DNA of 64,000 nucleotides. It comes from Deinococcota bacterium (lineage in GTDB: Bacteria; Deinococcota; Deinococci; Deinococcales; Thermaceae). The notes under the pieces were generated by a model. The model saw only the letters and a program-made list of their open reading frames with translations, was not told the DNA's origin and ran no database searches. Location: assembly GCA_041695225.1 (NCBI GenBank), contig JBGFRI010000015.1:32001-96000 (forward strand), written 5' to 3'. Both the position numbers and the translations under genes were made by a program. This document shows positions 28,193 through 40,371 of the stretch, piece by piece (the first letter of the stretch is position 1; each line of letters opens with the position of its first letter).

Positions 28193-28323
28193 CCTGCCGG
28201 TTCAGGGGTACCAGGCAGAGGCTGGGCTAGATTTGGCGGCTCAACTGCAGACGGCCGCGGCTCGACAGGGAAGGTACCCAAGAGCCTTTAAATCGAGCGG
28301 ATTTCAGCTACACTTTTTGTTAG

Positions 28324-29643
28324 ATGGCAAAAGCTTCCATTCAGTATCGCTGTGCCGGGTGTGGGTATAAGTCGGTGAAAGAGCTGGGCCGCTGTCCCAA
28401 CTGCGGGGCGTGGGACAGCTTTAAAGAGGAAGTGAGTCTGCACAAGCCAGGCGCAGCAGTGGGTAAGGGCGGGCTGTCACGGCCGCGCTCTTTGCCCAAC
28501 CCGGCAGCCATCATCCGTTTGCACGAGGTTCCAGAAGGGGGGGAGGCGCGGTTCTCGAGCCAGATCGGCGAGCTGGACCGAGTGCTGGGCGGGGGTTTTG
28601 TACCGGGCGAAGTGCTGCTTCTGGGCGGCGAGCCAGGGGTGGGCAAGAGCACCATCCTGCTGCAGGTGGCCCAGAAGATGTTAGAGATGGGTAAACGGGT
28701 GGTCTACCTGGCAGGCGAGGAGTCGCCCGGGCAGATCCGCTTGCGGGCAGGGCGACTGGGCATCTCGGGCGAGCTAGAGCTGTTGCGCGAGACCCAGCTA
28801 GACTCGTGCCTGGCCACCCTGGAAGCCACACCACCCGATTTCCTGGTAGTGGACTCCATCCAGTCCCTGGAAACCAGCTCTGTAGCCGGTTCGCTGGTAG
28901 CGGTGCGCGATGCCACCGCAGCTCTAACCCGCTTTGCCAAGCACCACCAGGTCACTACCGTGCTGGTCGGGCACGTCACCAAAGAGGGCCTGGTAGCAGG
29001 GCCAAAGGTAATCGAGCACCTGGTGGACGCAACCCTGTATCTGGAATCAGCAGGCAGCTTTAGGGTTTTGCGTTCCAGCAAAAACCGCTTTGGGCCGGTG
29101 GGTGAGCTGGGCGTGTTCAGCATGATCCACCACGGAATGGAAGAGGTCGCCAACCCATCGGCAGCCTTTCTGGCCGAAAGGCCGGTGGGTGCGCCGGGTT
29201 CGGTGGCGGCGCTCAGCCTTTCGGGTGAACGGGCGCTGGCCCTGGAAGTACAGGCTCTGGCGGTCCGCACGCCTTTCCCCGCCCCACGCCGGGTTTCGCA
29301 GGGTCTGGATGGTCGCCGGGTAGACGTGGTGCTGGCCGTGCTGGAGCGAAGGCTGAATTTGCCGCTGGGTAACCTGGACATCTATGTCAATCTGGCGGGT
29401 GGGTTGCGCATATTTGATCCGGGGTTAGATCTGGCGGTGGGGCTGGCGGTGTATTCTGCTGTGGTGGGCCGCCCCCTTCCAGAAGAGGCCGCGGTGGTGG
29501 GAGAGGTTGGACTGGCCGGCGAGCTGCGCAGTGTGGAGGGCCTCGAGCGCCGCCTGCGCGAAGGTCAGCGGGCTGGTTTCAAGCTCCTGGTACACCCCCC
29601 TCAGTGCCATAGTCTGGAAGACGCAGTGAGCAAACTCTTATGA
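28324..29643 (+). CDS. radA: DNA repair protein RadA/Sms
   Basis: C..CG..GRCP.C zinc finger, GEPGVGKST, KNRFG motif, Lon-like C-terminus. Confidence 0.97.
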   Translation: MAKASIQYRCAGCGYKSVKELGRCPNCGAWDSFKEEVSLHKPGAAVGKGGLSRPRSLPNPAAIIRLHEVPEGGEARFSSQIGELDRVLGGGFVPGEVLLLGGEPGVGKSTILLQVAQKMLEMGKRVVYLAGEESPGQIRLRAGRLGISGELELLRETQLDSCLATLEATPPDFLVVDSIQSLETSSVAGSLVAVRDATAALTRFAKHHQVTTVLVGHVTKEGLVAGPKVIEHLVDATLYLESAGSFRVLRSSKNRFGPVGELGVFSMIHHGMEEVANPSAAFLAERPVGAPGSVAALSLSGERALALEVQALAVRTPFPAPRRVSQGLDGRRVDVVLAVLERRLNLPLGNLDIYVNLAGGLRIFDPGLDLAVGLAVYSAVVGRPLPEEAAVVGEVGLAGELRSVEGLERRLREGQRAGFKLLVHPPQCHSLEDAVSKLL

Positions 29644-30707
29644 GTGTGATGCGTTGGGTTCTTTATGCGCTCTTTGCCTTTCTGGGATATCAGGCAGGCG
29701 TGTGGCTCGAGGTCAGCGGCATCATCGGTGTTAGCCCGCTGGGCACCCTAACCACCCTCAACCGGCTCTACCTGGGAGTGTTGGGCCTGTTGATAGGCTT
29801 TTTGGTTGTGCCACGCCTGATCTACCGGATCGAGCGCCGCTGGGACCATACCCAGGCCTGGCTCAAGCACCTGCCGCCCGAGATTCCAGTGGCCATAACT
29901 GCGGCCTCTGGCCTGGGTCTGCTGCTGGCGGTACTGCTCACCAGCCTTCTGAGCCAGATTCCTGGCTTTTCTGCCTTCCATTCTTTGATCATCGCAGCCG
30001 TGCTGGTGGTCTCACTGTCGGCTTTTGCCATTGCCAACCGCGACTACTTCCGGCTGGCCCGCCCCCCGGCCCCGGCGGTCAAGGCCCGGGGTGGCAAGGT
30101 GCTGGATACCTCGGTGCTGATTGATGGCCGCATTGGAGAGGTAGCCGAGATGGGTTTTCTGGAGGGTCCGTTGTTTGTTCCCCGCCAGGTCTTGCGCGAG
30201 CTGCAACAGTTTGCCGACGCTTCCGACGCCCAGAAAAGAGCCAAGGGCCGGCGGGGGCTGGACACCCTCGAGCGTCTCAAGCTTACGGTGGGCCTCGAGG
30301 TGCTCGAGGCCGACGAGTCTGCCGACCCTGTAGACGACCAGATCCTGGCCGAGGCCAAAAGGCTGGGCGCTGCGCTAGTTACCAACGACCACGCCCTGGC
30401 ACAGCTTTCGCGCATTTACGGGGTCAGGACCCTCTCGGTGCAGGCCCTGGCCTCGGCCCTGCGTTCCCCGCTTCAGCAAGGCGATACCCTCAGCATCACC
30501 ATCGTCAAAGAGGGCAAAGAACCGGGCCAGGGAGTTGGTTATCTGGAAGACGGCACCATGGTTGTGGTAGACGAGGCTCTTCCCTTCAGGGGCAAGGAGG
30601 TAGGGGTAGTTATCACCCAGTCTATTCAGACCCAGATTGGCCGTCTGCTCTTTGGAAGGCTCCAGACCGACGAAATTGACCGCCCCGCCCCAAAAGCCGA
30701 GCGCTAG
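29640..30707 (+). CDS. PIN/TRAM domain membrane protein (YacL-like)
   Basis: N-terminal TMs, LDTSVLIDGRI, KGRRGLD, GKEPGQGVGYLEDGTMVVV; radA synteny. Confidence 0.9.
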   Translation: MSVMRWVLYALFAFLGYQAGVWLEVSGIIGVSPLGTLTTLNRLYLGVLGLLIGFLVVPRLIYRIERRWDHTQAWLKHLPPEIPVAITAASGLGLLLAVLLTSLLSQIPGFSAFHSLIIAAVLVVSLSAFAIANRDYFRLARPPAPAVKARGGKVLDTSVLIDGRIGEVAEMGFLEGPLFVPRQVLRELQQFADASDAQKRAKGRRGLDTLERLKLTVGLEVLEADESADPVDDQILAEAKRLGAALVTNDHALAQLSRIYGVRTLSVQALASALRSPLQQGDTLSITIVKEGKEPGQGVGYLEDGTMVVVDEALPFRGKEVGVVITQSIQTQIGRLLFGRLQTDEIDRPAPKAER

Positions 30708-30745
30708 TCTGGGTACACCGCTGTCAGGAAGCTCGAGCCCTAATT

Positions 30746-31846
30746 TCAGGTGGGCCCAACCAGGAAAACGGCGCCCCATGGTCGGTAGCGGCTCACCAGC
30801 ACGTCATGCCTGACCTCGCCAGTGTGCAGGCGCACCGTGCGGTATACCCGTACCAGGGCGCCCTCGGCGGCAAAGTCAATCTGTCGGCGCCGACCTGGAG
30901 GCAGGGTGGTATCGTAGATGAACCGGGTAGGCAGGGGCGGGGTGCGCCAGACAATCACCGGCCCACGCCACTCTACATCCCGGTCGCTGGTGCCAAAAAG
31001 TCTAAAAACCAGATCCTGTCCCTGAATAGAAGCCTGAATTAACAGGTAACCCGGGGTATCGTTGCGAAAGCGCAGGTCCCGGCCGGGGGCCACCGCGGCA
31101 TCCAGGCCGGTAGGGTAGTAAAAACCAACCTGATAGCTGTGAGGATGCCGCTCGATAATGGGCAGACCGCCAAAGTAGGCCGCCCTGAACAGAGTAGACG
31201 CAACGTGGCAAACCCCTCCCCCCACTCCCATAACAGTTCTATCGCCCACAATCACCCAGGCCATTCGATACCCCTCGGCCAGGGTAACTGGCCCCAGCGC
31301 CCGGTTGAAGGAAAATACAGTTCCACGGGGAATCTTGATGCCGTCTAGCCTCGAGGAGGCCAGCTTAAGGTTGTGGGCCCGACCAGGGGCCGACCTGGCA
31401 AATCCGATGCGGGCTTCACTGAACAGCTCAACAATGCCCCTTCTGGCCAGATCCTCAACACTGGGCTCTGGCTCCTCTTTCTCTACCGGCAAGACAAACT
31501 CGCGTCTGCCCTGCTCTACGGCATCTCGGTAAGCTCGCAGTACCGTACCCGGATCGAAGCGGTGGCCAAACTTTTGTACAGCAATCCAGCCCCGCTCGCG
31601 ACAGTAAATAAACCGTGCCGGGCGGGGTGGGCGGCTGAGCCGGTCAAGCAGTGGGGGCAGGTCGGCCTCGCTAGCGATGGGAAAGCGCTGGGTTCCGATG
31701 TAGCGTTCTACCCTGCCAGCCTCGAGCACCCGTTCGTCTACAACCAGGACCGCCACCGGCCCAGCCAGGGCCATAGGGAAAACGCCAAGCGCCAGGCTTA
31801 GCGCAAAGAGCAAGCCTTTTCTGGCGATCCAGCGAGACCCTTTCAC
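30746..31846 (-). CDS. VanW family exported protein
   Basis: R.HNL.LA..LDG..I..G.VFSFN..LG, GGGVCHVASTLFRAA, ERHPHSY, DA.V, DLRFRNDT. Confidence 0.88.
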   Translation of the reverse strand: MKGSRWIARKGLLFALSLALGVFPMALAGPVAVLVVDERVLEAGRVERYIGTQRFPIASEADLPPLLDRLSRPPRPARFIYCRERGWIAVQKFGHRFDPGTVLRAYRDAVEQGRREFVLPVEKEEPEPSVEDLARRGIVELFSEARIGFARSAPGRAHNLKLASSRLDGIKIPRGTVFSFNRALGPVTLAEGYRMAWVIVGDRTVMGVGGGVCHVASTLFRAAYFGGLPIIERHPHSYQVGFYYPTGLDAAVAPGRDLRFRNDTPGYLLIQASIQGQDLVFRLFGTSDRDVEWRGPVIVWRTPPLPTRFIYDTTLPPGRRRQIDFAAEGALVRVYRTVRLHTGEVRHDVLVSRYRPWGAVFLVGPT

Positions 31847-32279
31847 ACTTCCAGGATAGCCTGGCTCGATTACTACAGCATTACAATAAACGCTTAGAAT
31901 CGCGATTTCCTGCTCACACCTGCCTAATCATAAAAGTTGTCGTTACTGTGTGACCCGCTGGTCATTGCACTTGTTTATGCCAGGCGTGCCAGGTGCCAGA
32001 GCCCTCGCAGCCTTCCAGGTAAAACCTGTCCAGACGGGTTTCCCGGGATACGTAACTTCCGCTGGTCACTCAAAAGCACCGCGTAAAGATGATGGTCATG
32101 GCATTTTTTATTTCACCATGGCTGGTTTTGCTTCCATCAAAAGGCCTCTTTACCGCTGAGTAGAACAATACCCGGGTTGCCAGTAAACGGTGTTCGCAAG
32201 AATCGGAAAGATACCGCAGGGCAATGTGTCCCGGCAAAAAGGGCTAGATTAGGGATAGGTTTGTTGCCAGGAGGCCAGT

Positions 32280-35200
32280 ATGCGCCAGGTAATCACAGTA
32301 GATGGGAATGAGGCGGTTGCCCGGGTTGCCCACAAGCTTAACGAGGTAATTGCCATCTACCCCATCACTCCTTCCTCTCCCATGGGCGAGCTAGCTGACC
32401 AGTGGAGTGCTCAGCGCACTCCCAACCTGTGGGGCACGGTGCCCCTGGTTCAGGAGATGCAGTCCGAAGGAGGTGCTGCCGGGGCAGTACACGGGGCTTT
32501 GCAGACCGGGGCCCTAACTACCACCTTCACCGCCAGCCAGGGCCTGCTGCTAATGATCCCCAATATGTACAAAATTGCCGGAGAGCTTACCAGCACAGTC
32601 TTTCACATCGCTGCTCGCTCGCTGGCAGCCCAGGGGCTTTCGATCTTTGCCGATCACTCTGACGTGATGGCAACGCGGGCCACGGGCTGGTCCATGCTTT
32701 TTGCGGGCTCAGTACAAGAAGCACACGACCTTAGCCTGATCGCCCAGGCCAGCACCCTGAAAAGCCGAATTCCGTTCCTGCACGTGATGGACGGGTTCCG
32801 CACCTCGCACGAGGTCATGAAGATCGAGGCCCTTTGCGATGACGACTTAAAGGCCCTGGTGGATGACGAACTAGTCCGCGCCCACCGCGCCAGGGCGCTC
32901 AGCCCCGACCGCCCTTTCATCCGGGGCACCGCGCAGAACCCCGATATTTACTTCCAGGCCCGCGAGACCGTGAACCCCTATTACGCAAAGGTTCCGGCCA
33001 TCGTGCAAGGCTACATGAACCAGCTGGCCGAGCGAACCGGTCGGCAGTACCGCCTGTTCGAGTATGTGGGGGCCCCTGACGCTGACCGGGTGGTGGTGCT
33101 GATGGGCTCTGGGGCCGAGACTGCACACGAAACGGTGGACTACCTGATAAAGCGGGGCGAAAAGGTGGGGGTGCTGAAGGTTCGGCTCTACCGCCCTTTC
33201 GATGTGCAGGCTTTTATTTACTCTCTTCCGCCCAGCGTGCGGGTTATTGCTGCACTTGACCGCAGCAAAGAACCGGGCAGCGCTGGCGAGCCACTTTACC
33301 AGGACCTGCTCACCGCGGTGGCCGAAGGAGGGCTGGCAACCAGGGTAAGGGTGGTTGGGGGCCGGTACGGGCTTTCCTCCAAGGAGTTCACCCCTGCCAT
33401 GGTAGTGGCGCTACTGGACGAGATGAAAAAGCCAGAGCCTAAAAACCACTTCACCCTGGGCATCCACGACGATGTCTCTCACACCAGCCTGGCCTACGAC
33501 CCCCGGCTGTGCATCGAACCCCCGGAGGTCAAGCGTTCGGTCTTCTGGGGGCTGGGCTCGGATGGCACGGTGGGAGCCAACAAAAACTCCATCAAGATAA
33601 TCGGTGAAGAAACCGACTACTTTGCCCAGGGCTATTTCGTTTACGACTCCAAGAAAGCGGGGGCGCGTACCATCAGCCATCTACGCTTTGGCCCAGAGCC
33701 CATCCGCAGCAGCTACCTTATTCAGCAGGCCGATTTTGTGGCCGTGCACCAGTTTGGCTTTTTCGAGCGTTACCGGGTGCTGGATACAGCCCAGACCGGA
33801 GCTACCCTGCTCATCAATAGCCCCTACACTCCCCAGGAAACCTGGGATCATCTGCCTTACGAAGTACAAGCTGAGATAATCGAAAAGAAGCTAAAAGTCT
33901 ACGTCATCAACGCTTACACAGTAGCCCGCGAGGTAGGGCTGGGCACCCTGATGAATACCGTTATGCAAGTCTGCTTTTTTGCGCTGTCCGGGGTGCTGCC
34001 GCGCGAGGAGGCCATTGGCAAAATAAAGGAATCTATCCGCCAGACCTACGGCAAGCGCGGCGAGGCGGTAATACGTAAGAACTTTGCCGCAGTGGATGCC
34101 GCTCTAGCCCACCTGCACCCCCTGGTAGTGCCCGAACAGCCCACCAGCAGCCTGCACATGCCCCCGGCAGTCCCTGTGCAGGCCCCAGATTTTGTGCAAG
34201 CGGTTACCGCAGCCATGCTAGCGGGCACGGGGGATGCACTCCCGGTAAGCGCCCTGCCTGCCGATGGCACCTATCCCAGTGGCACCAGCCAGTGGGAGAA
34301 GCGTAACATCGCCCAGGAGGTGCCGGTCTGGGATCCTGCGGTCTGCATTCAGTGTGGCAAGTGCGTGCTGGTCTGCCCCCACGCGGTGATCCGGGCTAAG
34401 GTGGTACCTGCCGATGCGCTTGCTGCTGCACCGCAAGGCTTCCAGACCACAGCGGCCATGTGGAAGGGGCTGGAAGAGCAGCACTACACCCTCCAGGTGG
34501 CGGTGGAAGACTGCACCGGCTGCGAGCTGTGTGTAGAAGTCTGCCCTGCCAAAAACAAGCGGCAGGTCGGGCGCAAGGCCATCAATATGGCGCCCCAGCT
34601 TCCCCTGCGGGAGCAGGGCAGTCGGCACTGGGAGTTTTTCCTGAGTCTGCCCGATTATCCTCGCCACGATGGGCTGCAGTTCAACAACGTTAAGAATGTT
34701 CAGTTGCTGCATCCGCTGTTCGAATTTTCCGGGGCCTGTGCAGGCTGCGGCGAGACGCCCTACCTCAAACTGTTGAGCCAGCTGTTTGGTGACCGCTGCT
34801 TGATTGCCAATGCCACTGGCTGCTCGAGCATTTATGGTGGCAACCTTCCCACCACGCCCTGGAGCAAAAACCGCGAGGGGCGCGGACCGGCCTGGAGCAA
34901 CTCGCTGTTTGAGGACAACGCCGAGTTTGGCCTGGGGATGCGCCTTACCCTGGACAAGCATGGCGAGTACGCCAGGGAGCTGTTGGGGGAACTGAAGGAA
35001 CAGATTGGAGCCGGGCTGGCCCAGGCTCTGCTAGAGACCGACCAGTCCGATGAAGCCGGCATCGCCACCCAGCGCAAACAGGTGGCTGCCCTGAAGGCTC
35101 GTCTGCAAGGCCAGGACGAACCTAAAGCCCGCGACCTGCTGAGTCTGGCCGATGTGCTGGTGCGCAAGTCGGTGTGGATTGTGGGGGGCGACGGCTGGGC

Positions 35201-35930
35201 CTACGACATTGACTTTGGCGGGCTGGACCACGTGCTGGCAACAGGGCGCAATGTCAAGCTGCTGGTGCTGGACACCGAGGTTTACTCCAACACCGGCGGA
35301 CAATCCTCCAAGGCCACCTCGCTGGCGGCTGTGGCCAAGTTTGCTTCCAGCGGCAAGACCACGCCCAAGAAAGATCTGGGGCGTATGGTAATGGGCTATG
35401 GCCAGGTGTATGTCGCCCAGGTCGCCATGGGCGCCAACGATGCCCAGACCGTAAGGGCTTTCCTCGAGGCCGAAAGCTACCAGGGCCCTGCGCTGATCAT
35501 TGCCTATAGCCACTGCATCGCGCACGGCATTGATATGGCCAAGGGGCTCCTTCAGCAGAGGCTGGCCTCAGAATCGGCCTACTGGCCGCTCTACCGCTAT
35601 GACCCCCGCCTGCGCGCCGAGGGCAAAAACCCTTTTCAGCTCGACTCCAAACCACCGCGCATCTCTTTCCAGGACTATGCCTTGCACGAAAACCGCTACC
35701 GCATACTGCAGCAGATTAACCCAGAGGAGGCCGGCCACCTCTTCCAGGCAGCCCAGGAGGCCATCCTGACCCGCTGGAAGGAGTACCAGCAGCTGGCCCA
35801 GCTGCCAGACCCACGCCCCACCTCACCTGCTGCCGCAACGAAGGAAGTAGCCTCGGCTGCATCACCTGCTGCCGCAACCAAGGAATTGGCCAGCACGGCA
35901 TCACCTGCTGTCACCCGGGAGAGCACATGA
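32280..35930 (+). CDS. nifJ: Pyruvate:ferredoxin (flavodoxin) oxidoreductase
   Basis: [57 protein letters not shown]. Confidence 0.96.
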   Translation: MRQVITVDGNEAVARVAHKLNEVIAIYPITPSSPMGELADQWSAQRTPNLWGTVPLVQEMQSEGGAAGAVHGALQTGALTTTFTASQGLLLMIPNMYKIAGELTSTVFHIAARSLAAQGLSIFADHSDVMATRATGWSMLFAGSVQEAHDLSLIAQASTLKSRIPFLHVMDGFRTSHEVMKIEALCDDDLKALVDDELVRAHRARALSPDRPFIRGTAQNPDIYFQARETVNPYYAKVPAIVQGYMNQLAERTGRQYRLFEYVGAPDADRVVVLMGSGAETAHETVDYLIKRGEKVGVLKVRLYRPFDVQAFIYSLPPSVRVIAALDRSKEPGSAGEPLYQDLLTAVAEGGLATRVRVVGGRYGLSSKEFTPAMVVALLDEMKKPEPKNHFTLGIHDDVSHTSLAYDPRLCIEPPEVKRSVFWGLGSDGTVGANKNSIKIIGEETDYFAQGYFVYDSKKAGARTISHLRFGPEPIRSSYLIQQADFVAVHQFGFFERYRVLDTAQTGATLLINSPYTPQETWDHLPYEVQAEIIEKKLKVYVINAYTVAREVGLGTLMNTVMQVCFFALSGVLPREEAIGKIKESIRQTYGKRGEAVIRKNFAAVDAALAHLHPLVVPEQPTSSLHMPPAVPVQAPDFVQAVTAAMLAGTGDALPVSALPADGTYPSGTSQWEKRNIAQEVPVWDPAVCIQCGKCVLVCPHAVIRAKVVPADALAAAPQGFQTTAAMWKGLEEQHYTLQVAVEDCTGCELCVEVCPAKNKRQVGRKAINMAPQLPLREQGSRHWEFFLSLPDYPRHDGLQFNNVKNVQLLHPLFEFSGACAGCGETPYLKLLSQLFGDRCLIANATGCSSIYGGNLPTTPWSKNREGRGPAWSNSLFEDNAEFGLGMRLTLDKHGEYARELLGELKEQIGAGLAQALLETDQSDEAGIATQRKQVAALKARLQGQDEPKARDLLSLADVLVRKSVWIVGGDGWAYDIDFGGLDHVLATGRNVKLLVLDTEVYSNTGGQSSKATSLAAVAKFASSGKTTPKKDLGRMVMGYGQVYVAQVAMGANDAQTVRAFLEAESYQGPALIIAYSHCIAHGIDMAKGLLQQRLASESAYWPLYRYDPRLRAEGKNPFQLDSKPPRISFQDYALHENRYRILQQINPEEAGHLFQAAQEAILTRWKEYQQLAQLPDPRPTSPAAATKEVASAASPAAATKELASTASPAVTREST
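35823..35927 (+). repeat. 39-bp in-frame repeat (about 2.7 copies) in the PFOR C-terminal tail
   Basis: [35 protein letters not shown]. Confidence 0.8.
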
Positions 35931-36952
35931 GCAGACCTGACCTGAGCACCAAGTATCTGGGCTTGAGGCTGGCCCATCCGATAGTGGCCTCGGCCTCACC
36001 GCTTTCGTACACTCTGGATGGTATCCGCAGGCTCGAGGAGGCCGGCGCCGCCGCAGTGGTGCTGTATTCGCTCTTTGAGGAGCAGATCGAGCAAGAAAGC
36101 CACGCCTTGCACCACTACCTGGAGTATGGGGCCTACAGCTTTGCCGAGGCGCTGGACTACTTCCCCAAAGCCCACGAATTTAATGTTGGGCCCGACCAGT
36201 ACCTGCATCTGGTCCGCCGGGCCAAAGAAGCGGTGCAGATTCCCATTATTGGCAGCCTGAACGGGGTTTCGCCGGGTGGTTGGACAGACTATGCCCGCCT
36301 CATTGAAGAAGCTGGAGCCGACGCCCTCGAGCTCAATCTCTACTACCTGCCCACCGACCCTATCCTGACCGGCCTCGAGGTCGAGGAAATGTATCTGCAG
36401 GTAGTGCGCGATGTAAGCCAGAGTATCTCCATCCCTATAGCCGTGAAGGTGGGGCCTTACTTCAGCAACTTCAGCCACATGGCCGCCCGTTTCGTGCAGG
36501 CCGGAGCCTCGGGGCTGGTGCTGTTCAACCGCTTCTACCAGCCCGACTTCGATCTGGATCAGCTCGAGGTCACACCCAATCTGGTTTTGAGCCGCACCGA
36601 GGATCTGCGCCTGCCCCTGACCTGGGTGGCCATCCTGTATGGACGTATTCAGACCGACTTTGCCATTACCAGCGGCGTGCACTCGCACCTCGAGGTGCTC
36701 AAGGGCGCAATGGCCGGGGCCAAGGTGGTCATGATGGCCTCTGAACTGCTGCAAAACGGCGTGGGACGCATCAAAGAAGTCCTGAGCGACCTGCGGGCCT
36801 GGATGCAGGAGCACAGCTACGAGTCCATCCAGCAGATGCAAGGCAGCATGAGCCAGCAGCATGTGGCCAACCCCGATGCCTTCGAGCGGGGCAACTACAT
36901 GAAGGTGCTCCGTTCCTGGCGGCCCGACCCTACCGGGATGCTGATTAAGTAG
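35927..36952 (+). CDS. Dihydroorotate dehydrogenase-like flavoprotein
   Basis: [44 protein letters not shown]-coupled to nifJ. Confidence 0.88.
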   Translation: MSRPDLSTKYLGLRLAHPIVASASPLSYTLDGIRRLEEAGAAAVVLYSLFEEQIEQESHALHHYLEYGAYSFAEALDYFPKAHEFNVGPDQYLHLVRRAKEAVQIPIIGSLNGVSPGGWTDYARLIEEAGADALELNLYYLPTDPILTGLEVEEMYLQVVRDVSQSISIPIAVKVGPYFSNFSHMAARFVQAGASGLVLFNRFYQPDFDLDQLEVTPNLVLSRTEDLRLPLTWVAILYGRIQTDFAITSGVHSHLEVLKGAMAGAKVVMMASELLQNGVGRIKEVLSDLRAWMQEHSYESIQQMQGSMSQQHVANPDAFERGNYMKVLRSWRPDPTGMLIK

Positions 36953-37181
36953 CACTCCCTCGCAGACATGTTAGACCCACCGCCTGCTTCGTCCTGGGAT
37001 CGAGCACGGCCTAGGGGTGTAACTGTCTACGTGCCTGTTCGGTGCATATAATCATCATTACTGGCTTACTGGAATCATGACCAGACGGCCATTTGCGCTA
37101 AAGAAGCCGTCCGGAGGGGGCTGCTGAGCCGACCCAGACTGTTTCTTCTTTGGCAAGGCGCTATACCGTCTTCGGATAGAA

Positions 37182-37250
37182 GCCGATAGCCGATAGCTGA
37201 TAGCCGATAGCAACAACCGCTTTTAACAATCAGCTAAGAGCTATTAGCTA
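37182..37250. repeat. Heptamer array, family A (reverse orientation)
   Basis: GCCGATA x2 GCTGATA GCCGATA, core GATAGCAACAACCGCTTTT (37206-37224). Confidence 0.85.
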
Positions 37251-37457
37251 GTAGCTTGCAGAGAAATGGTCAAAATCGCCATAGCGCAGCCCAGACCTCA
37301 TCCCTCGTCACCTTTTGAACTATCATTTGGTAATGGTTGGGTCAGATTGACACCAGGGGAACCACACTATCGGCTTTGGTACGGCGGGGTTTAGCTGGTA
37401 GACCTTGCAGGTCTGGTTACAGACCTTACCCGCCGGAGCAGTACACTGACGCAGGAG

Positions 37458-38591
37458 ATGCAGATGGGCGATGACCCCAAGCGAATTGTGGTACTGGGCT
37501 CCACTGGCTCAATTGGCACCCAGACCCTCGAGGTCTGCCGCTGGCGGGGCTACCGGGTGGTAGGGCTGGTGGCGGGGAAGAACCTGAGCCTTCTTAGCCA
37601 GCAGATCGCCGAGTTTAAACCAGAGGTTGTTGCAGCCGATAAAGCGGTGGTTTCCGAGCTGCGGCTGCGCTTTCCCAGCCTACTTATCACCGATGCTCTG
37701 GAGGTGGCAGCCTGGCCGGCGGATGTAGTGGTGGGCGCCATTCCTGGCCTGGCCGGCCTGCCGGGGGTGCGGGTGGCGGTGCAGCAAGGGCGCAGAATGG
37801 CCCTGGCCAACAAGGAGAGCATGGTGGCGGCCGGGCCGCTGCTCTGGCAGCAAGCAGAGCAGAGCGGGGCCCAGATCATCCCGGTAGACTCCGAGCATTC
37901 GGCGCTTTTTCAGAGTTTAGTGGGAGAGCCTTTCCAGGATGTAGCCGAGCTTATCCTGACTGCTTCCGGCGGGCCTTTTTTACACGAACCCGCCGACCTT
38001 TCCTCGGTCACTCCCCAGATGGCTCTGAACCACCCCCGCTGGAAGATGGGGCCAAAGGTGACCATTGACTCGTCTACCTTATTCAACAAGGGGCTGGAGG
38101 TGTTGGAAGCGGTACAGTTGTTTGGACTGCCCATCCAGCAGGTAAAAGTTATGATTCACCCACAGTCCTACGTGCATTCCATGGTGCGCTTCCAGGACGG
38201 CAACATCAAAGCTCAGCTGGGCCCTGCCGACATGCGGCTAGCCATCCAGTATGCCCTGGCCTGCCCCCAGCGGCCACCCACCCCCCTGCGTGACGCGCCA
38301 ATTCCAGAACGCCTGGACTTCTTTACCCCCGATACCCGGCGCTTTCCCGCTCTGGCCCTGGCTTACGAAGCGGGGCGCATGGGCGGCCTGGCGCCCATAA
38401 TGCTGAGCGCCGCCGACGAGATAGCAGTGGAGGCTTTTCTAAACGGACAGATCGGCTATCTTGAAATTCCCCAGGTCTTGCAAAAAGTGTTGCAGCAGAC
38501 TCCTAGTCTGGCCCTTTCCTGGGAGAATCTTTATCATGCAGACCTCGAGGCCCGCAGGTTGGCTCGAGACTCGCTCAAGGTAAAGGCCTGA
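37458..38591 (+). CDS. dxr: 1-deoxy-D-xylulose 5-phosphate reductoisomerase
   Basis: [46 protein letters not shown]. Confidence 0.97.
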   Translation: MQMGDDPKRIVVLGSTGSIGTQTLEVCRWRGYRVVGLVAGKNLSLLSQQIAEFKPEVVAADKAVVSELRLRFPSLLITDALEVAAWPADVVVGAIPGLAGLPGVRVAVQQGRRMALANKESMVAAGPLLWQQAEQSGAQIIPVDSEHSALFQSLVGEPFQDVAELILTASGGPFLHEPADLSSVTPQMALNHPRWKMGPKVTIDSSTLFNKGLEVLEAVQLFGLPIQQVKVMIHPQSYVHSMVRFQDGNIKAQLGPADMRLAIQYALACPQRPPTPLRDAPIPERLDFFTPDTRRFPALALAYEAGRMGGLAPIMLSAADEIAVEAFLNGQIGYLEIPQVLQKVLQQTPSLALSWENLYHADLEARRLARDSLKVKA

Positions 38592-38666
38592 ATCTATGAT
38601 CTACCGGACACTTTGTTTTACCCTTGACCCTGGACCCTTGACCTTTAGCGCCTTACGGGGTGAGGC

Positions 38667-39680
38667 ATGAGCATCCTGTGGTTTTTGCTGATCATCTCCA
38701 TCAGCATTTTTGTGCATGAGCTGGGCCACTACCTGGCCTCCCGCTGGCAGGGGGTGGGGGTGAAGAATTTTGGGGTGGGTTTCGGCCCCACCCTGCTCAA
38801 GTTTGACCGCTGGGGAACAACCTGGCGGCTTAACGCCATCCCGCTTGGGGGCTACGCCGAAATTGACGGGATGATGCCAGGTGATACCCACGGCTACGCC
38901 CGGCTCTCTGGCCTGGGCAAGTTTTTCATCCTGGTAGCCGGGGTGGTGATGAACCTGCTGCTGGCCTGGGGTGTGCTGGGGGGCCTCTCCGCCATTCAGG
39001 GAATACCCCAGACCCGGGCGATAATAACCGAGGTACTGCCAGCTAGTCTGGCCGAGCAGTCGGGCCTCAGGGCAGGAGACCGCATCCTAAGCCTGAATGG
39101 AGTAAAGCTCGAGTCGTTCGATCAGGTTGCCAAGTTCCGCCAGACCACCGGCGAAAAGGTGTTTGGGGTGCTGCGCGATGGCCAGGAACTTAGTGTGCGC
39201 TTCTACTGGGATAACCTGCACGGGAGGCTGGGCATTGTATACCGGGCCGAGGTGATTGGTTATACCCGCGTCAATTTCTTTGAGGGGTTCGCCCGGGCCG
39301 TCCGCGAGACCGTAGTGGTGGTGCCGCGCTTCGTGCAGGAGTTGGTGGGTAGCCTGGCCCGCATTCTCGTCGGACAGGAGGCCCCAGGGATAGCAGGGCC
39401 GGTGGGAATTGTCAACATCACCGGGCAGGCCGCCGAACATGGCCTGAGCACCCTGATTGGGCTTCTGGCTGCCATTAATCTCTCGCTAGCAATATTCAAT
39501 CTGCTACCCATCCCAGGCCTGGATGGCGGACGAATACTGGTTTTAATCGCTAACGCCATCAGCGGCGGGCGCATCAAGCCCGAGACCGAGGCCCAGCTCA
39601 CTTACGGCGGGTTCTTGTTTTTGATTCTGCTGGTTGTGCTGGTAACCATTAACGATATTCGTAACCTGGTGGGTGGGTAG
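38667..39680 (+). CDS. rseP: RseP/RasP M50 intramembrane protease with PDZ domain
   Basis: HELGH, PLGGY, NLLPIPGLDGG; dxr synteny. Confidence 0.92.
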   Translation: MSILWFLLIISISIFVHELGHYLASRWQGVGVKNFGVGFGPTLLKFDRWGTTWRLNAIPLGGYAEIDGMMPGDTHGYARLSGLGKFFILVAGVVMNLLLAWGVLGGLSAIQGIPQTRAIITEVLPASLAEQSGLRAGDRILSLNGVKLESFDQVAKFRQTTGEKVFGVLRDGQELSVRFYWDNLHGRLGIVYRAEVIGYTRVNFFEGFARAVRETVVVVPRFVQELVGSLARILVGQEAPGIAGPVGIVNITGQAAEHGLSTLIGLLAAINLSLAIFNLLPIPGLDGGRILVLIANAISGGRIKPETEAQLTYGGFLFLILLVVLVTINDIRNLVGG

Positions 39681-39692
39681 ACTGTAGCCTTG

Positions 39693-40325
39693 ATGGATAC
39701 CACCGCTCTGATACCGGCCTACAACGAGGAAGCTCATATTGCAGGGGTGGTACGGGTGGCGCTGCAAGCGGGCCTGGAGGTGCTGGTGGCCGACGATGGA
39801 TCGGGTGACCGAACCGCCGATGTAGCCGAAAAAGCCGGAGCAAAGGTGTTGCGATTGCCGGAGAACCGGGGCAAGAGTGGGGCGCTGGCCTACGGGCTGG
39901 CTCAGGTGCAAACCCCCTATGTACTCCTGCTGGATGCCGATCTGGTGGGGCTACGGCCCGAACATCTGCTGGCCATGCTAGAACCAGTACGTTCGGGAAA
40001 ACTGGACATGACCATCGGGGTATTTAAATCGGGGGGGCTCATGACCGACTTTGGCAACCGCGCCACCCCTTTTTTGTCTGGGCAGCGGGCCTGCACTACC
40101 CAGTGGCTCAGGGGTGTGCCCAATCTGAGCAGGCATCGCTGGCCAGAGCCGGCCATTACCGACCATCTGGCCCGTAGCAAGGCCCGCTGGGCCTACGTTG
40201 AACTACGTGGGGCAGGGCAGATAATGAAAGAGCAGAAGCGCGGCTTTTGGCGAGGTCTGGTAATGCGCTTGAAGATGTACAGCGAGATAATAAAATATCG
40301 CTTGGCCAGAAAGACTCGAGCTTGA
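39693..40325 (+). CDS. Glycosyltransferase family 2
   Basis: IPAYNEE, DDGSGD.T, NRGK, LDAD, LSGQRA. Confidence 0.88.
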   Translation: MDTTALIPAYNEEAHIAGVVRVALQAGLEVLVADDGSGDRTADVAEKAGAKVLRLPENRGKSGALAYGLAQVQTPYVLLLDADLVGLRPEHLLAMLEPVRSGKLDMTIGVFKSGGLMTDFGNRATPFLSGQRACTTQWLRGVPNLSRHRWPEPAITDHLARSKARWAYVELRGAGQIMKEQKRGFWRGLVMRLKMYSEIIKYRLARKTRA

Positions 40326-40371
40326 GCTTTCCTGACAAAAGCTGATTAGGGTGGTCTAGCCGGAGGTGCCT

